Below, piece after piece: positions 26,242 to 40,075 of a stretch of DNA of 64,000 bases (positions within the stretch are counted from its first letter, which is position 1; each line of letters begins with the position of its first letter). The stretch lies in the NCBI GenBank assembly GCA_963924565.1, contig OZ004608.1:23126001-23190000 (forward strand), read 5' to 3'. The translations under genes were made by a program, and so were the position numbers. The DNA is from Ascidiella aspersa (Eukaryota). The notes under the pieces were generated by a model that did not search any database, had not been told where the DNA came from, and saw only the letters and a list, made by a program, of their open reading frames with translations.

Positions 26242-28636
26242 CTGAAACATAAAACAAAATTACTTTACAATCAAAGATAACAACCAAAGGAAAAATTAGG
26301 ACAGTAAAAAAATCTGGTGTGCTAAAGAAATTGTTGTCAAGTTTTGTTGTCTGGAAGATATTTAGCTTCCTCAAAAAAGTGGACGATCCTAAAAGCTTTT
26401 AAAACCACACAAAAAAAGTCATAGTACGATAATAAAATTAACATTGAAATCAGCACATATAAACTATAGTTCTAAATTAAGCAAAAAAATATTTTGTTAA
26501 GCAGAAACACTTCATAGGTTGAAATTCTAATCGACCTATAGTTATGAGACATCGCTAGTCACAGTTAACATTTTTCAAATTATTTATAATAAGAAATGTT
26601 TAAAGAGGAAGTAGGATATCAAACAATGTACACTGTTGACAAAGCATTTAGGCGCGGCAGTCCTCATCCTCAAATTGTTTCAACAATGTTCTGTCGCGAA
26701 GTGTTTAAGAAATAGAACATCTAACAATATATTTAGAGGGTTTCGGGCCTTCTTATTTGGCGTTTCCAAGTGCTAGTGTCGTTTAGGTTGGTTTCTTACT
26801 AATAGGTCGACTAAATTTTACTGCGGATCGTTTCGTGTTTTTAAAGGAGGTACCCATTCGACTTTCTTTACCAATACAATTTTTAAGTATCGTAAAATTA
26901 GTATTGTCTTTACAATTAAATAGCATAATTATAAATGCTCGATTTCCAAGTGGGATGTTTCTATTGGATGTAGATTGCAGTTATGTATATTTTTACAATA
27001 CCGACAATATGTTTGTAAAAGGTTGGCGTCAAATGGCTGTACTGCAGTTGGTAAAGAACATAGTTTCCAAGAGGACAAAAAACAAAAAACTTTTTTTCGT
27101 ACCGGTCAAAAAAAGTCGACTGTTTTTTAACCTAATATTGCACATGTCGTACGGTGCTGTATAATAACAATTCGAACTATCTTACATGTCGAACACTGAT
27201 TATAGAAGAATGAGGCCCTAAACCCTAGCGTTTTTATACCTTGATCTTTGCCAATGCAACAAATTTTGTGTTTTCCATGGCTCAGACCAAAAAATATATG
27301 TAAATTGAACGAAATAATAAACAATCTCGCGCTATGTTCGATTGTTTACCGTCCCTGCAATATGACCGTTCGGCGTTCACCCGTGTGAGTACCATAGTCA
27401 ATTTAAATATGAAATTAAATTCTATTTAAAATAAACGTAGTTTTATTGTTCGACGTGCAAAGGTTTTGTGTTTTTAGGTTGCTATAGTGGTGAGGAACAG
27501 CGACACTTATCAAAAACAGCGACTAATGTTTTTTTGAATGACTTTTGGGGGTACGAGAAAGTGTAGCTCGATTTACCCAAATAACACATGTTTTGGGATA
27601 CGATTTAGTTATTTTGACACACAAAACGTTTAACAAAACATGGCTAGTTTGACTTAATGCTACAATCTACATAATAAAAGAGAAAGTTTGTGGGATGTGT
27701 GTGTGTGTGTGGCAACATGTTCGACCAGTCATTTTACAATATATTTGTGTTACATCACAATGGAAATGTTACGTCACACTCAATGCGATTTACAACATGG
27801 TACAATGTTACCAAGATAGTGTTCAAGCATGTATCCCAAGCCCCAGCGTAGTTAATTTAATATGGTATATTTAGAAGATTTGTGGACCCCCGGTTGAGAA
27901 CCACTGTTATAAACCAAATTTCGGCAGACAATTATCGCGTTTGTTGTTGCAGTAAGTAAAAGATAGTCCAAGTTTAATTTACCTGCCGGGAAATAAAAAA
28001 ATAAAACCAAGTACATTTTCTTCATAAAGTAAAATTTTAATGTTTCCAACTAAGACTATTATCTTTAGGGTCTTATTGATGCCTGTTTACGCGTAAAATT
28101 TAGGTAGAGTTCGCAAATTTACGAAGAATTGAATTTTTATTTTTAAGCCATTTGTTAGCGATAGTGATTGAGGCCAAAGCCTAATGACTTCTTACAATGT
28201 GTTTACCCACGCAATACTTAGCAGAGTTCGCGAAATCTTGCGTTTATTGCAGTAGTTAACAGTAAGCATTTGTTTTTTCAGTGAGAATTTTTCTCACGTT
28301 TGACGCAGTTTAGCACCAGGATTACGTATTTGCTTAAACATGACGCTATCAAGCAAGTCTAAGCAATTGCTGCTGCATCCTAAAGTTTTACGTTTAGGAG
28401 TTATTCTCAATTGACAAACGTCACGGGTTTTCGTTAAAGATGTATTGCATGCTTAGCCAAGTGTTGTGCGCTATAGTTAACCGACTTCACATCACATGAT
28501 TTGAAATTTCTATTTAGTGTCACTTAGTTGAAACGTTTAGGCATAAGCAAATTTGTTATGACATTTAAAAAAATATGTTTGCATTATTTATGTCATTTAC
28601 GAAGATCTTACGAATAAATGTAAAAATTCTATTTAA

Positions 28637-28664
28637 CCTGGGCAACGCCGGGTATTTCGTCTAG
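28637..28664 (+). mobile_element. Helitron-type 3' terminus
   Basis: Hairpin CCTGGGCAACGCCGGG followed 8 nt later by CTAG|T; the 5' end was not located. Confidence 0.6.
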
Positions 28665-30140
28665 TAAATTCTAAAACCACTCGAGTCATATAGAAACCTT
28701 AGTAGTTTAACTTTTATGCAAGCGTGTTTTGTCCTACTGCATAATAATGCATGAATGTTTGACTTATCCTTGCTATTCCAACAGTTTAGTTATTAATACA
28801 AAACAAAGCAATGTTACAACTTATTACTTAAAGCAAAAATCTCCCAGTCAAAACCTTCCGACAACTGGAGTTAAAAAAACAAATGTAGCATACCCGCTGC
28901 ACTAGGTGGCCATTAGGCAACGCAAAAAAACTATGCAAACAAAATAAGTTTTAAAAACTATGCAAACAAAATAAGTTGTTTTAATTACCAACCTATAAGG
29001 TATGAGAAAAGCTCAGTCATGCTGAACAAGAAAGACCAATAGATATTTAAAGTATAGTTGTAGTAACTTAAAGCCTACAAAGCAAACAGTCTTTTATTGT
29101 TTGTCAGCTCAAGAATTAAATGTTTATTGGACAATCTTCTCGCAATACAACCAATAAACGGTAAAAAATCAGATTTTCTTAAACGGATTCCACAACAAAC
29201 CTGACATACGACCTTTTCATAATGTCGAATCGCTGAGAGGCTGCCTAGCGCCTAATCTTTCTTACTGCGCGGGCATTCGCAAGCAACCGTCTAGCTTCTG
29301 GCTTACGTCTTGGTTATGACGTCACACACCTTCAAGGCAACAGTAATTTGTGCTTTTTTTCTTAGGTCTGCTAAAAATCTGAAGGAAGACTGCGAGATTA
29401 TTTCAGATTTGCTGAAAGCAGCAGTTCTTGTCTGCTAACCAAATAACAAGATTTACTTTTGTTGAAACGTGGGGTGTTAGTCACTTACGATGATACAACT
29501 TTTGCGGCTGGCCCGCTAATGTAAACGTAAACACAGCATTTGTCAGCAATTGAATTGTACACATGTCTGTACAAATACTTGCAAGTGATTGCTAAAACAT
29601 TTTCAAAGATTTTGTTTTACAGATTTAATTCCCAGTTTAGCTTTTCAGGGTGCACCTTGATCCTTTCAAGTGCCTTCAGTCTAAAAACCCAAAGCAAAGT
29701 AATTTTTTTTATAAATAAATCTGTCTTTTATAATATGTCTGATTGTCTGGGTACTTGTATTTCCGTACCGTTTTATGTTGATCTTTAAATATATTATATT
29801 GCTTCAGTATTGCCTGTGGGCCGTCGCCGCTTTCGGCTGCCTGTTAAGCGGACATATCGCATAGTTATTTAACAGCCCTTTCTTATATGCATTTCAGCTG
29901 CAAAGGTTAAAAAACAATCACATCACGAAAAGTATGTTTTTTGTGGTTATGTAACTCAGCGGCAGCGCTTTTCAGTAAATATGCTTATTCAACTGTTTCA
30001 TTTTGACGTTGAAAAAATTTGAAATGTACAAAGTTTAGGCAGTGCAACAACATTACAAAAATAGTTAACATTATCGTAAAATTGCGCACGTGACAAAATA
30101 CTTTGCCTTTTCACTCGTTTAGGCTTATCAAAATACTTAC

Positions 30141-30369
30141 GTGTTGAAAAGGGTTGCTTTGCCCAGCGAAGACGTATCCGATATTGTGATTCTTCTTCGC
30201 ATATTAAGTCCTCACTGTCATCGCTATCACAATTCTGATCCCGAAACTTGTTATTATTGGACGGCAAAGTTTCACAGGAAAATCGTTCTAAGAATTCTTC
30301 CCAGCTACATATTTCATTGTTTTGAGGTAATTTACCTTCTTTGGATTTTGTCGAAGTCCTTTTAAACAT
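30141..30369 (-). CDS. PDE4: PDE4 distal N-terminus, exon 1
   Basis: ATG at 30369, MFKRTSTKSKEGKLPQ...WAKQPFST-C|GTAAGT. Consensus phase-1 donor that reads in frame into the exon starting at 26241. Confidence 0.62.
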
Positions 30370-33300
30370 GTCTCATAAAAACTGCAATTTGGATTGGGTC
30401 AGTTTTCAGGTGAATTAATAGTCGTCCATTTATACCACATTTTCACAATTTTACTTCAGACTGGCAATCATAGGAATACAAAATAAAGTTTGTATCCTGC
30501 TACCTAAGCTAACATTCTGCAGATTTTGAGTAGGCGTAAGTAAGTAAGGTTAGGCTACAAAATCCAAAGCTTAAAATCTTTCCAAATGCCACAACTGCAA
30601 AGCTTTCTATGTAAGTACAGCAAACAACAGCTCAAACCTTTACTTGAAAACTTCCCTTAATGTAGTATTCTTGTCACAGCAGGTTTAAAATGTATACCGG
30701 ACATAGGCTGTCACTTCACTGTAAAAGTCGCCCACTCACATAATAGTCAAAGATAACAGTAGCAGGCCCTCTTCACAACGCATTTGGGCCATAGCATATA
30801 GCTGCGAAAGTCGAATCTGTGTGATTCGTACTACTCTGACTTGAAAAGCTGTGTTATTACCACTTGAAGCGGTTCAGAAGCATTCGTCAGCGTTCTACAA
30901 ACGTAACAGATTGTTTACAGACTGCTGCTGTTTAACAAGCAAGCTTTTCAACACACACCACACTACAGCAAATTCAATGGTTTCAGTGATGCGTTCGCCG
31001 TACATAAATGCGATTTCATTGTGTATGTAGGCTATAGCGACATGTTCAAAAATTGATGCGTCGTGGTTCAGTTTGCGTCGTTTGTAGCCTGAATACGTGC
31101 AGCGACTCTTTTTAGGGGGATAATCTACGTGACGCCAAATATTATTACAATAATCCAACGTAGATATTGAGGGATTGCCCTTTATATCTGACCAAAACTT
31201 GAAAGAAAAAATCTACCAACACCACAATAGTTGTTTACTGTTAATCTAACTGCACTTATGCACATCGTTTAAAGTACTAGGCTTAATATCAAGTTGGGTC
31301 GTAGGTTAGTGTAGCTGCAACACGCACAAAACGTTTGTAGCAATGTGTATGAATCACTGCAAATCGCGTTTTTGTTTTAATTGGTACAATATACAGCTGT
31401 GGGATCAACACAAGTTATCATAATGTACTTTTGTTACAACTGGGGCGATATGGTAACGTTTATAACGGTTAATTTTAAACAAATATAAATGCCGTAGTGA
31501 TCATTTATAAATATATTTTTTCTACACTTAACAATGGAGTAGATATGCCATCGTCTTAACTATCACAGTTCCTAGTGAACCCTGTAGGCAAATAGTTTAG
31601 TCTCGAAAAAGCTATAAATGCCAACTGATGCTGTACGAAAGCTCACAAAAGACAGGAAACCCGATTAGCTGGCATGCAACTATTTTCCGTCATGTTAGTG
31701 TGGGCTTGATATAAGTACTATACATTGTCGTGCATGAATGATTAAACACATACATTAGTTTTGTTATTACAAAATTATCAAATGCTGAGAAAATATCGAT
31801 TAAAATATTTCTATTTAGGCATTCCCGAACATGTATAGTACTAAAATCGAACCCACAAACATATGTCACGTCACAATTCAATAAGTTATTGAATTACGTC
31901 TATAAACACATTATATATGAAAAATGTTGGAAAAAAACCCTAACTTACCTCGTAGGTGGAAAAACATGCTATTCCAACTTGTAAGTCACGAAACTTAGGC
32001 AAGTAGTTCTTCACGGTTTTTAAACGGATTTCAAGTTTTACTTAGCAGCAGCAATGTTATTTTTGACATAAGTTTCAATAGGCCTATGCTTCTATAAATA
32101 TCAATAAACGAATTATATAACGGTAGATTCCGATGTGTGACTATACAGGTCACTAGCCCCTTAAAAATACTAGTCCCTAAAATCGTTAAAATGTCTTCTA
32201 AACACATGGCAAATATTGATCGCAAAAGGTGTTTTTTCCATTCTTAAACCCAATTACTCGTTCTCGTTAAGTATACTGTTGATGAAAAACGCGGCTGTGG
32301 TGTAAGTCAAGATTATTTCGCCTCCAGCTAAACTCGCTTTTTAATGAAAGCATAGGTTTTTTAATTTCCAGTGATTTATAATGTTTCTTGAGTTGGGGCT
32401 GGCATCTATTGCATAATTTGAAATGGTTTGCAGCATAAGTAACAATTTATAGTGAGTTTATTAGTCATACCCATGGCGAAGATTTTTTTTTTTCTTTTTT
32501 TAACGTCAATATTTGTTGTAAAGAAACTTGAGAGTGTTTTCTGATCACCTGTGAAATGCGAATTCGTTTGTTTTCGTAGTTGGTTGATATTTTGGGCATA
32601 TAGAAAATACCAAACAGTTATGAATATCCCTCTGTACGAAAAACAGGCTCGCTATTCTTTAAAATTGCAGTTGAAACTTGTCGATTTTCTAGGTTATTAG
32701 GCCACCAATCCCTTCAGCATTATAAACTTTATCTACTTTTACAGAAATATTTACCATAAAAGGTTGAATCGATGCTTACATTTGTATATTAATTAGGTAT
32801 CGGATCGGCACCGACACCACTGTACAAGTCATTGAGTTGACGTTCGCATTCGCCAATCGAAAAACTAGAGGACTCGGATTCACCAAACCATTTTTTTGAC
32901 CTTACCAAAATAAATTGACGTTTTGCATAGTGGAAATGTTTCTAACTTTGTTTGACAATAGCAGGGTGTACTGTGTCACCTACAAATGATTATCACCTAA
33001 ATTAATATTTAAACACTTTAACTAGATAAAAGCTTCTTTAGAAGTTTTTGGTGATTTGTGGGGCCTGGATCCGCCCCTTTCATCACTACTTCTTAATAGA
33101 AAGTATGTTTTAGGAAGGAAGACTTGTTTAAGGAAGTTTAAAAAACTAAACTCAATAATGATTAACGTATCACTTTGAGTTTCCCATACTATACTGTATA
33201 TTTTTAAAGTAAGTGGCGTTTAGAGCATTTTACACAATTATGTAGAAAACTTTGATACTGAAATCAAATTTGTAAACAACGTCACTCGTTTTCAGTTTTT

Positions 33301-35025
33301 GCAAGCGGCTACATTTAGGAATCTTTCTTTACATCGCGGTCCACTTTTCCACTATAAGCTTTCTTACCCTGTGACCCACTTTTAACAAGAATTTGTTTGG
33401 AAGATCACATTACGGTTTGCTGGCAAAATATAGATACAACATAGAATACATGCATTCACTTTCAATTCAAAACCGACAGGTTTCAAACAGAAGGGAGACT
33501 TTAGGCTTTTCGCATTGGGAACACAACGAATCGCTCGTCCTCTATACATTGACTTTTATCAAGCTGATTTAGACAAACATGTTGTGAGGTCAATGACTAA
33601 ATAATTGCAAGGCTGCGTACAAACCTCGTAACAATGTTGTTCTGACTAAAGATAGCTCAAATCGGCCGTAAAAAGTAGCAATTATAGTCCAAAGACCGAT
33701 ACTTTAAAAAATTACCAGCGAAGTTCGCAACAAATCATGAACTATTTCTTTAGTTACTTACTACACACGTTAAATTTTAATGTAAAGTATAGCACACCAT
33801 AACAACAGAATGAACACCAAACGAAAACATTAAAAATCACCGAAAAAAATTAAATAGTGAAGTAGGCTATAGCTCATCGCGCCTACTCTGAGTCGCACAA
33901 TTAACCGAAAAAATGAAAGGCTTTAATTTAAAATAATTTACACGTTAAAATTTTCAATTTAAACAGCAGTTCTGACTGTTAAACATAACTATTTGACCAT
34001 GTATCCTAATTAAACTTTATATTATTTTTAAAGCAGAAGTCTTTTAAAAAAACATTACATCGGTTTATTATTTTTATTGGTAAACGGAACTACCTCATGT
34101 ATACTAGACCAGTGATCGGCAAATGCCGGTCCGCGAGGAGTTCGTTACCTGTCCGTAGCAGGGTTGTCAGATTAAAATTTTAATTTACCCCGAACTGTAT
34201 TTAAAAAATCTGGAACAACGTCAAAAACAATTAAGTATTTTTATATTCAAAACACATTAACTTTCGTATAACCTACTCCATGTTTGATTGGTACAAAAAA
34301 ATCGCAAAAAATCGCACCAAGCCCTCGAGAGGTTCAAAACAGCCAATGTGCTGTGACCATATAAGCTACATAGCACGTTGACATCATCCAAATATATATA
34401 TTTTTATTGCAAAATCCAACTCCTAGTACCGGTTCTCACAAAATATCGAAAAATGTGCCAAAATATCATGTTTTTCACGTTCAAGGGTGCTCACCCTAAA
34501 GTGCAATAGACTAAATTCATGCAAACAATGTTTATAAACAATGTCCAATAATAATGAAATCATTTATTATTTTGATATTTAGGCAGGAAAGGGTTCGAAA
34601 AAACGTATGCATTTTAATTAGTTTTAGTCTCTATGAAAATAACAGAATAAAGCCAAAAATAACAATTATTTTGCTAACATCAACCACGTTGAAAAGAGCT
34701 AGATTTTAGAAATTGGTTGTCAAAAGAGCTAAGTAACAAGCCTTGTACGTATGTCTATTCTATACTTTTCAAGGTGTCGGTCTGTGGTTCGTACTTTTTC
34801 ATATTGCCTTTACTTAATTATTTTGTATTACGTAACTATAGAAAGTGTCTTGTAGGGCAGGGGTCGGCAACCTTTTATGCAATGCAGACCGGTTTACAAA
34901 TAAAATTTTGTCGCGGACCGGCCTTTAAAAATAACAATGTTCAGTAAAGGAATTTTATTACAATTTTATTCAATGCGAAAGCTTGTTTTGCCGCAAAGAG
35001 ATGCTTCCATCTTGGAATTATCATC

Positions 35026-35165
35026 AAAATTTATTTTCGGGACATATCTTGTTTTTGCTCGAATTATATGGGCCGAAAATTTATTTTCGGGACATATCTT
35101 GTTTTTGCTCGAATTATATGGGCCGAAAATTTATTTTCGGGACATATCTTGTTTTTGCTCGAATT
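35026..35165. repeat. 50-bp tandem repeat, 2.8 identical copies
   Basis: Unit AAAATTTATTTTCGGGACATATCTTGTTTTTGCTCGAATTATATGGGCCG at 35026, 35076 and 35126 (last copy partial). Confidence 0.95.
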
Positions 35166-35429
35166 CTTTTATAGTTTTTTTGGTTTGTTTCAGACCGTTT
35201 TTTGTCCAGAGTTTTACAGGAAAACTATAATGAAGAGACTTCAAATGTCCATAAAAAATGGAGGCGTATATGTAGATGAGCCTTTAAGGGTTTAGACGTC
35301 TATTTACCCAGGGGCCTTAAGCTGAGGGTACAAATTGCAAACAAAATATGACGTCATCGCAAAATTGTTTTTAGCTCTGTACTCCAACTTAGCGGTAGCA
35401 ATATTTCCCAAAAAGGATATGGTTAGAAC

Positions 35430-35630
35430 GAAACCGGCAGACTGTCTCGCGTTACGCGACAAAGGGGCACTGTTAAATCAGCGAAACAGATTCCGCCAAG
35501 GGAGTACATTCTGCTTTGAAACGCCAGACACAAGTATGTCAATACTTACAGCCGAAACCTAAACATCTTCCCTGCCATCGGCTGTTATCTGCAATTACGA
35601 AAACTGTCCATTATGTTTTTATAAGCCTAT
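35430..35630 (+). repeat. Dispersed repeat, second diverged copy at about 38150-38340
   Basis: Shared GACAAAGGGGCACT...CAGCGAAACAGATT...AACGCCAGA...AAACCTAAA...GCCATCGG. Confidence 0.75.
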
Positions 35631-35742
35631 AGATTTGTGTAACTTTATTCATTAATGCATTAGGCAAACCACAATATAATCCATTCTTTGAAATGTATCA
35701 TGTTACTCTAAAAACCCTTACTACGGTGTGTAGTGGCTACGG

Positions 35743-37030
35743 CAACGGTGTCCAACCTGCGGCCGTCGATGAAAAATTGTGCGGCTGTTAACACGTATTT
35801 TAATAAGCATGTGTTGGCGGCCGTGACCGTGCTAGCATGCGTTAATGGTTGATATGATAAATGCAGATTAGAATTTTTTACGACTTAAGGGACTGCAGTT
35901 AAATCAGTGAGCTAGGCTCTTCGCTACATTCTCAGTGAACAGCATTCTTATGTGCCCTAAAAAAACTTGATTTCATTGATTGATTGATGCACAAATAAAT
36001 CAGTGTATGACAGGTGTAGGCAACCTACGGCCCGCGGACCGGATCGGCTCGCTAATGTAATTCATCCGGCCCGCGGCCTCTTTGGACAAACTAGACACGA
36101 GTCCATTACAAATACTTTTTGACTATTTTAACTATAGGTAACTGCGTAAAAATTTTTGCGCTTCGCGCGAATGATATGTCTACGTCCGCTTCGTTTACGT
36201 TTGAGGCTGTCTTTTGAACTAGATCAGCACTTTTTTTACCGTTGAACAGTGGAATGCTGACAAATGGGTTGCGGACAAACGGAAACCGTATTCAAAAATA
36301 TTGGACATATATTTTTATTTTTTATGTTTTATTTTTAGCAATATAATAAAACCTTGCACGAAATTTAAAACAAATGCCAGTATAGAAAAAAAAATGCTAA
36401 AATTGGAACTTTGAGACAGGTCTAAAATTAGACGGGGTTTTTATAGGCCAGCCAGACATTCGTGTATCATTGCTGGTCATTAGATTGGCTAAGAGCATTA
36501 GAGCAGTGGTGGATCCAGAGGGGGCACCTGGCCATGCCCCAAAAAATATTACGTTTGACAAATTTCAATGCAAACACACTTTTTTCGCGCTTCGCGCGAA
36601 CTTCTTCTATCTGTTTTATTGTATTTTAGTCCCTTTGAAGTAAATCCGTTAATATCAAAAGTGTTATTTATATCATGGCATATTGCGCCGCATTACTAAT
36701 AAAATCCAATTCTTACATAAATGCTTGTGTTTATAACAATATGCGATTATTTTATGCGCCTAAGCCCATTTCGATTAAATTGAAAGTTTTGCCAAATTTA
36801 AACCTAATAAACGCATTTTATTTTGCGCTTCGCGCGATCAAACTGCATTTAGGCTCCATATTTTTTCCACGAGTTCGTCAGACAAGAAAACATCTTTTTA
36901 AGATTAATTATGTTATGTCGTTACGATTTGACAACTTTTTGAGTCACCCCTAAAAAAATTTAACTTGCGGCCGTGAGGAAAATAAGACTGTCAATGCGGC
37001 CGCCAAGAGCTAAAAGGTTGGACACCCCTG
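35743..37030. mobile_element. Non-autonomous hAT element with nested MITE fragments
   Basis: TIRs CAACGGTGTCCAACCT / AGGTTGGACACCCCTG; 8-bp TSD GGCTACGG (35735-35742 and 37031-37038). Extra MITE-like starts at 36011 and 36504; three GCGCTTCGCGCG motifs. Confidence 0.85.
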
Positions 37031-39995
37031 GGCTACGGTATGTTATGGATTCTACACTAAAATATAACATTGTATAACGTTATAACGCCCTAGTATAATT
37101 CAGCTCGTTTTAATGGAATCGTTGCGCAATTTTATAAGATTTGCAAAAGTAAATTTTGTATATCATGAAGCTCTTTGTAAAAAACTTGTCAATTTTGGTT
37201 TAAATGTTTAAAAAACGATTCTCAATTGAAAAATTATTTTTTCAAATTTAATGTCCCAATAATATGTCAATTGCAGTCTTAGGATTTTAGGAAAATCATT
37301 TTTAAAACAAAAACACAATTTATAAGTGTCTTTCATTCATTATGTCACAGTTGGGCGCACAAACGTTTGACGTCTTTTTCGCAGCTGCAGTCTGGGGGAG
37401 TTTATACTGCTCTGTAGAGAAATGATCTTTGGTTGGCTGCATTATATTGAAACTGATGCCTGACCGCCCTAAACAGACACCGCGTAACGCAATATAATTT
37501 GTGTTTATTGTCGCGTACAAACTGCAGTAATGCGGTTCTAAAGAGCTCCAACGCACCTCATGGGAACGAAAATACGTAATGAATAGCGAAACATAATAAT
37601 CAAACCGAATTAGGCTACGCTTAATCAGAACCGTAACCTTTTACGCGCTTGCGATTACCCAACGACGTTTATTTATTGCTTCACTACCATAAAAATATAA
37701 AAGGAATTAGAAAGAATTACAATTTTGAATTTTAACTGGAAAAATGAATTACACAAAAACTGTAAAACTTTTCGCTTGCTATGGTAGAATATAATGGGCA
37801 ATTTTAAAACGACATCAGTTTTTTTTTTGTGGTTTTGGAAAATTCGTTTCCTGTTTTAAAAGAACTAAACGAGTTTGCCGCAATTTATTAAGTGGAACAT
37901 GCACTAAATGTTTTATTAATGCACAGAGCAAAATATTTTCACTTTTATCCAAAACACACACTTCAAAGAAACATTACAATCTCCATTACCAGGATTATCA
38001 TTTAAAACGCAAAGGCTGGCATGGGTTATGTTAAAAGTCGAATATTGGGCAAGATCCATTATAAGTGTGGTACAACTTTAATATTTGGTACAGCTGTTCG
38101 GACTATAATTTCGATAGCCATAATAGGTTGAAAGGAAAATGTTGTGGAGGCTGTTTCGCGCTAATAAATGACAAAGGGGCACTTTGATTGCAGCGAAACA
38201 GATTTCGTCAAAGCGTTGTATTTTGCTTTAAAACGCCAGAAGCCAGTATGCCAAACAAATACAGAAAAAACCTAAAAGTCTCCCTGGCCATCGGATGTCA
38301 TGTGAATCTATGGAAACTGTTTAGTATGTTACCATAAGCATTTATTTTAATTGTTTTTACCATGTTCATTGTTCTTATTTGAAAACGGATTTTATTAATT
38401 GTGCCTCAAAAGTTTTGAGGGTCTATAATCTAGTACTCATAAAGTTAACCTTTAAAACTTGACACATTCGGCTTTTTTATCTTTAAAATTTATATTTATT
38501 ATGTAATTTTGGTTTATAGGTTTAAAATTATGAGCTGGTCCTATTTTTTCGCAATAAAATAGTGTAACGTTAAGTTATGAAGCTCTCTACGCCTACCTAG
38601 CGACAGTAATATCTAGCAATATATCTCCCTTTATTAAGTGGTCGCCAATATGCTAGTTATTTAAATCAACCCGCTAGCAAACCATAAAAATGATACTACG
38701 AATCCCTTTTTAGTTTTTCACGCCTAAACAACCCAACAATCAGGTGCCTTTGGGGAAAATTAATACAAAAAGTTAATTTGAATTTAGATAAAAAAAGATG
38801 ATGAAGAAGGTTGTAGATTTTTGTGGTTTTGGCCCAAGAGTTGGGGTAGCATTTTTTGAAGGGGTGTTTAAAAAAATTTAAGAATATTGTTTTGTTAATG
38901 AAATATTTACTCCCGGGTGGAGAATGTTAGTTTTATTTATCGTTTATCTTTGGTTTCGGGGTAATCAAACATATTTTTTTAATGGATTGTAGTTTTTTTA
39001 ATAATAAGGGGGAATAAGTTTTATCTGGTTTGGGGGAGGGTGTTAAATCAATAGGCATTTTTGTTTTGTAAAAATATTTGCATCTTCGTCAAAAGTGAAG
39101 GCAGTAAGATTTTCGGCCCATATTTGTTTTTGATTGCAGAAACAAGACAAGAGAAAGTACAACTTAATGTAAAGCGTAAAACGAATAAACCAAAGTATAA
39201 TACGTAATACTGCAAAAACAACCTGGTAGAGAACTCTATTCATAATGACCCAATTATTGAATCACCAATGAAATAAGGCCCTGAAAAATACCCCATGACA
39301 AAATATACAACAACCGCATCCCCGTCTAGTTACACTTGTAGACCATTAAACTACACTTGTATAGCATTATTACCTATTCATACTCTTACCAGCTTATGTC
39401 GAAATAAAGATATTCAAAGCCTTCTTTTAAAATAAGTCACACTTTGTAATAATTCACATCCTTTTTTGACAAAGCCCTACATTCTAGAAGACACATCTTT
39501 TTTCTAAATAGACTCGCTGTTTCTTAATCACGGGCGCCAGTTCACAGATATAAAAGAGTCGCAGGTTGCCCACTAATGCCTACATTTTAAGTTACAAACA
39601 TACAATATGTCTCATCATTTATTTCCTCTTCGTTGATATTAACTATATCAATCTTTTTAACGCAGTCATCCTTTTCGCGTTTTCACTTAAACACTGCCCA
39701 TTTCCTTATCAAGGCTTGCTATCTAATTTGGACTGCATTGATTTTTTTCTTTATTGTTTGTTGGTTTTGTGGGTAGTCGCGCTTATTTTATATTTAACAT
39801 ATGTTCAAGGGGAGCCGTGGTAACCAGTGACGTGCGGTGAGGTTCCTAGATGTTCAGCCACAAATTTTTTCCAGTCACGTTTTTCTTTAACAACCACAAA
39901 AACGGCATAGTATACTAATAAAAAAATAAATAAACTCAAAAACCATTCAGAGATCAAAAATAAAACTACTAAAAAGTAGTAAAACTACAATAATA

Positions 39996-40075
39996 TAGCA
40001 AACGTAATAATGACTACATCGTTTATGACGTAACAGTGCATGACTATTGAAGGTGTGGCATGCCCGCGATCGACT
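39996..40075 (-). repeat. Dispersed repeat, inverted copy at about 57611-57690
   Basis: TGACGTAACAGTGCATGACTATTGAAGGTGTGGCATGCC is the near reverse complement of GGCATGCCACACCTTCAATTGTCATGGACTGTTACGTCA. Confidence 0.75.
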
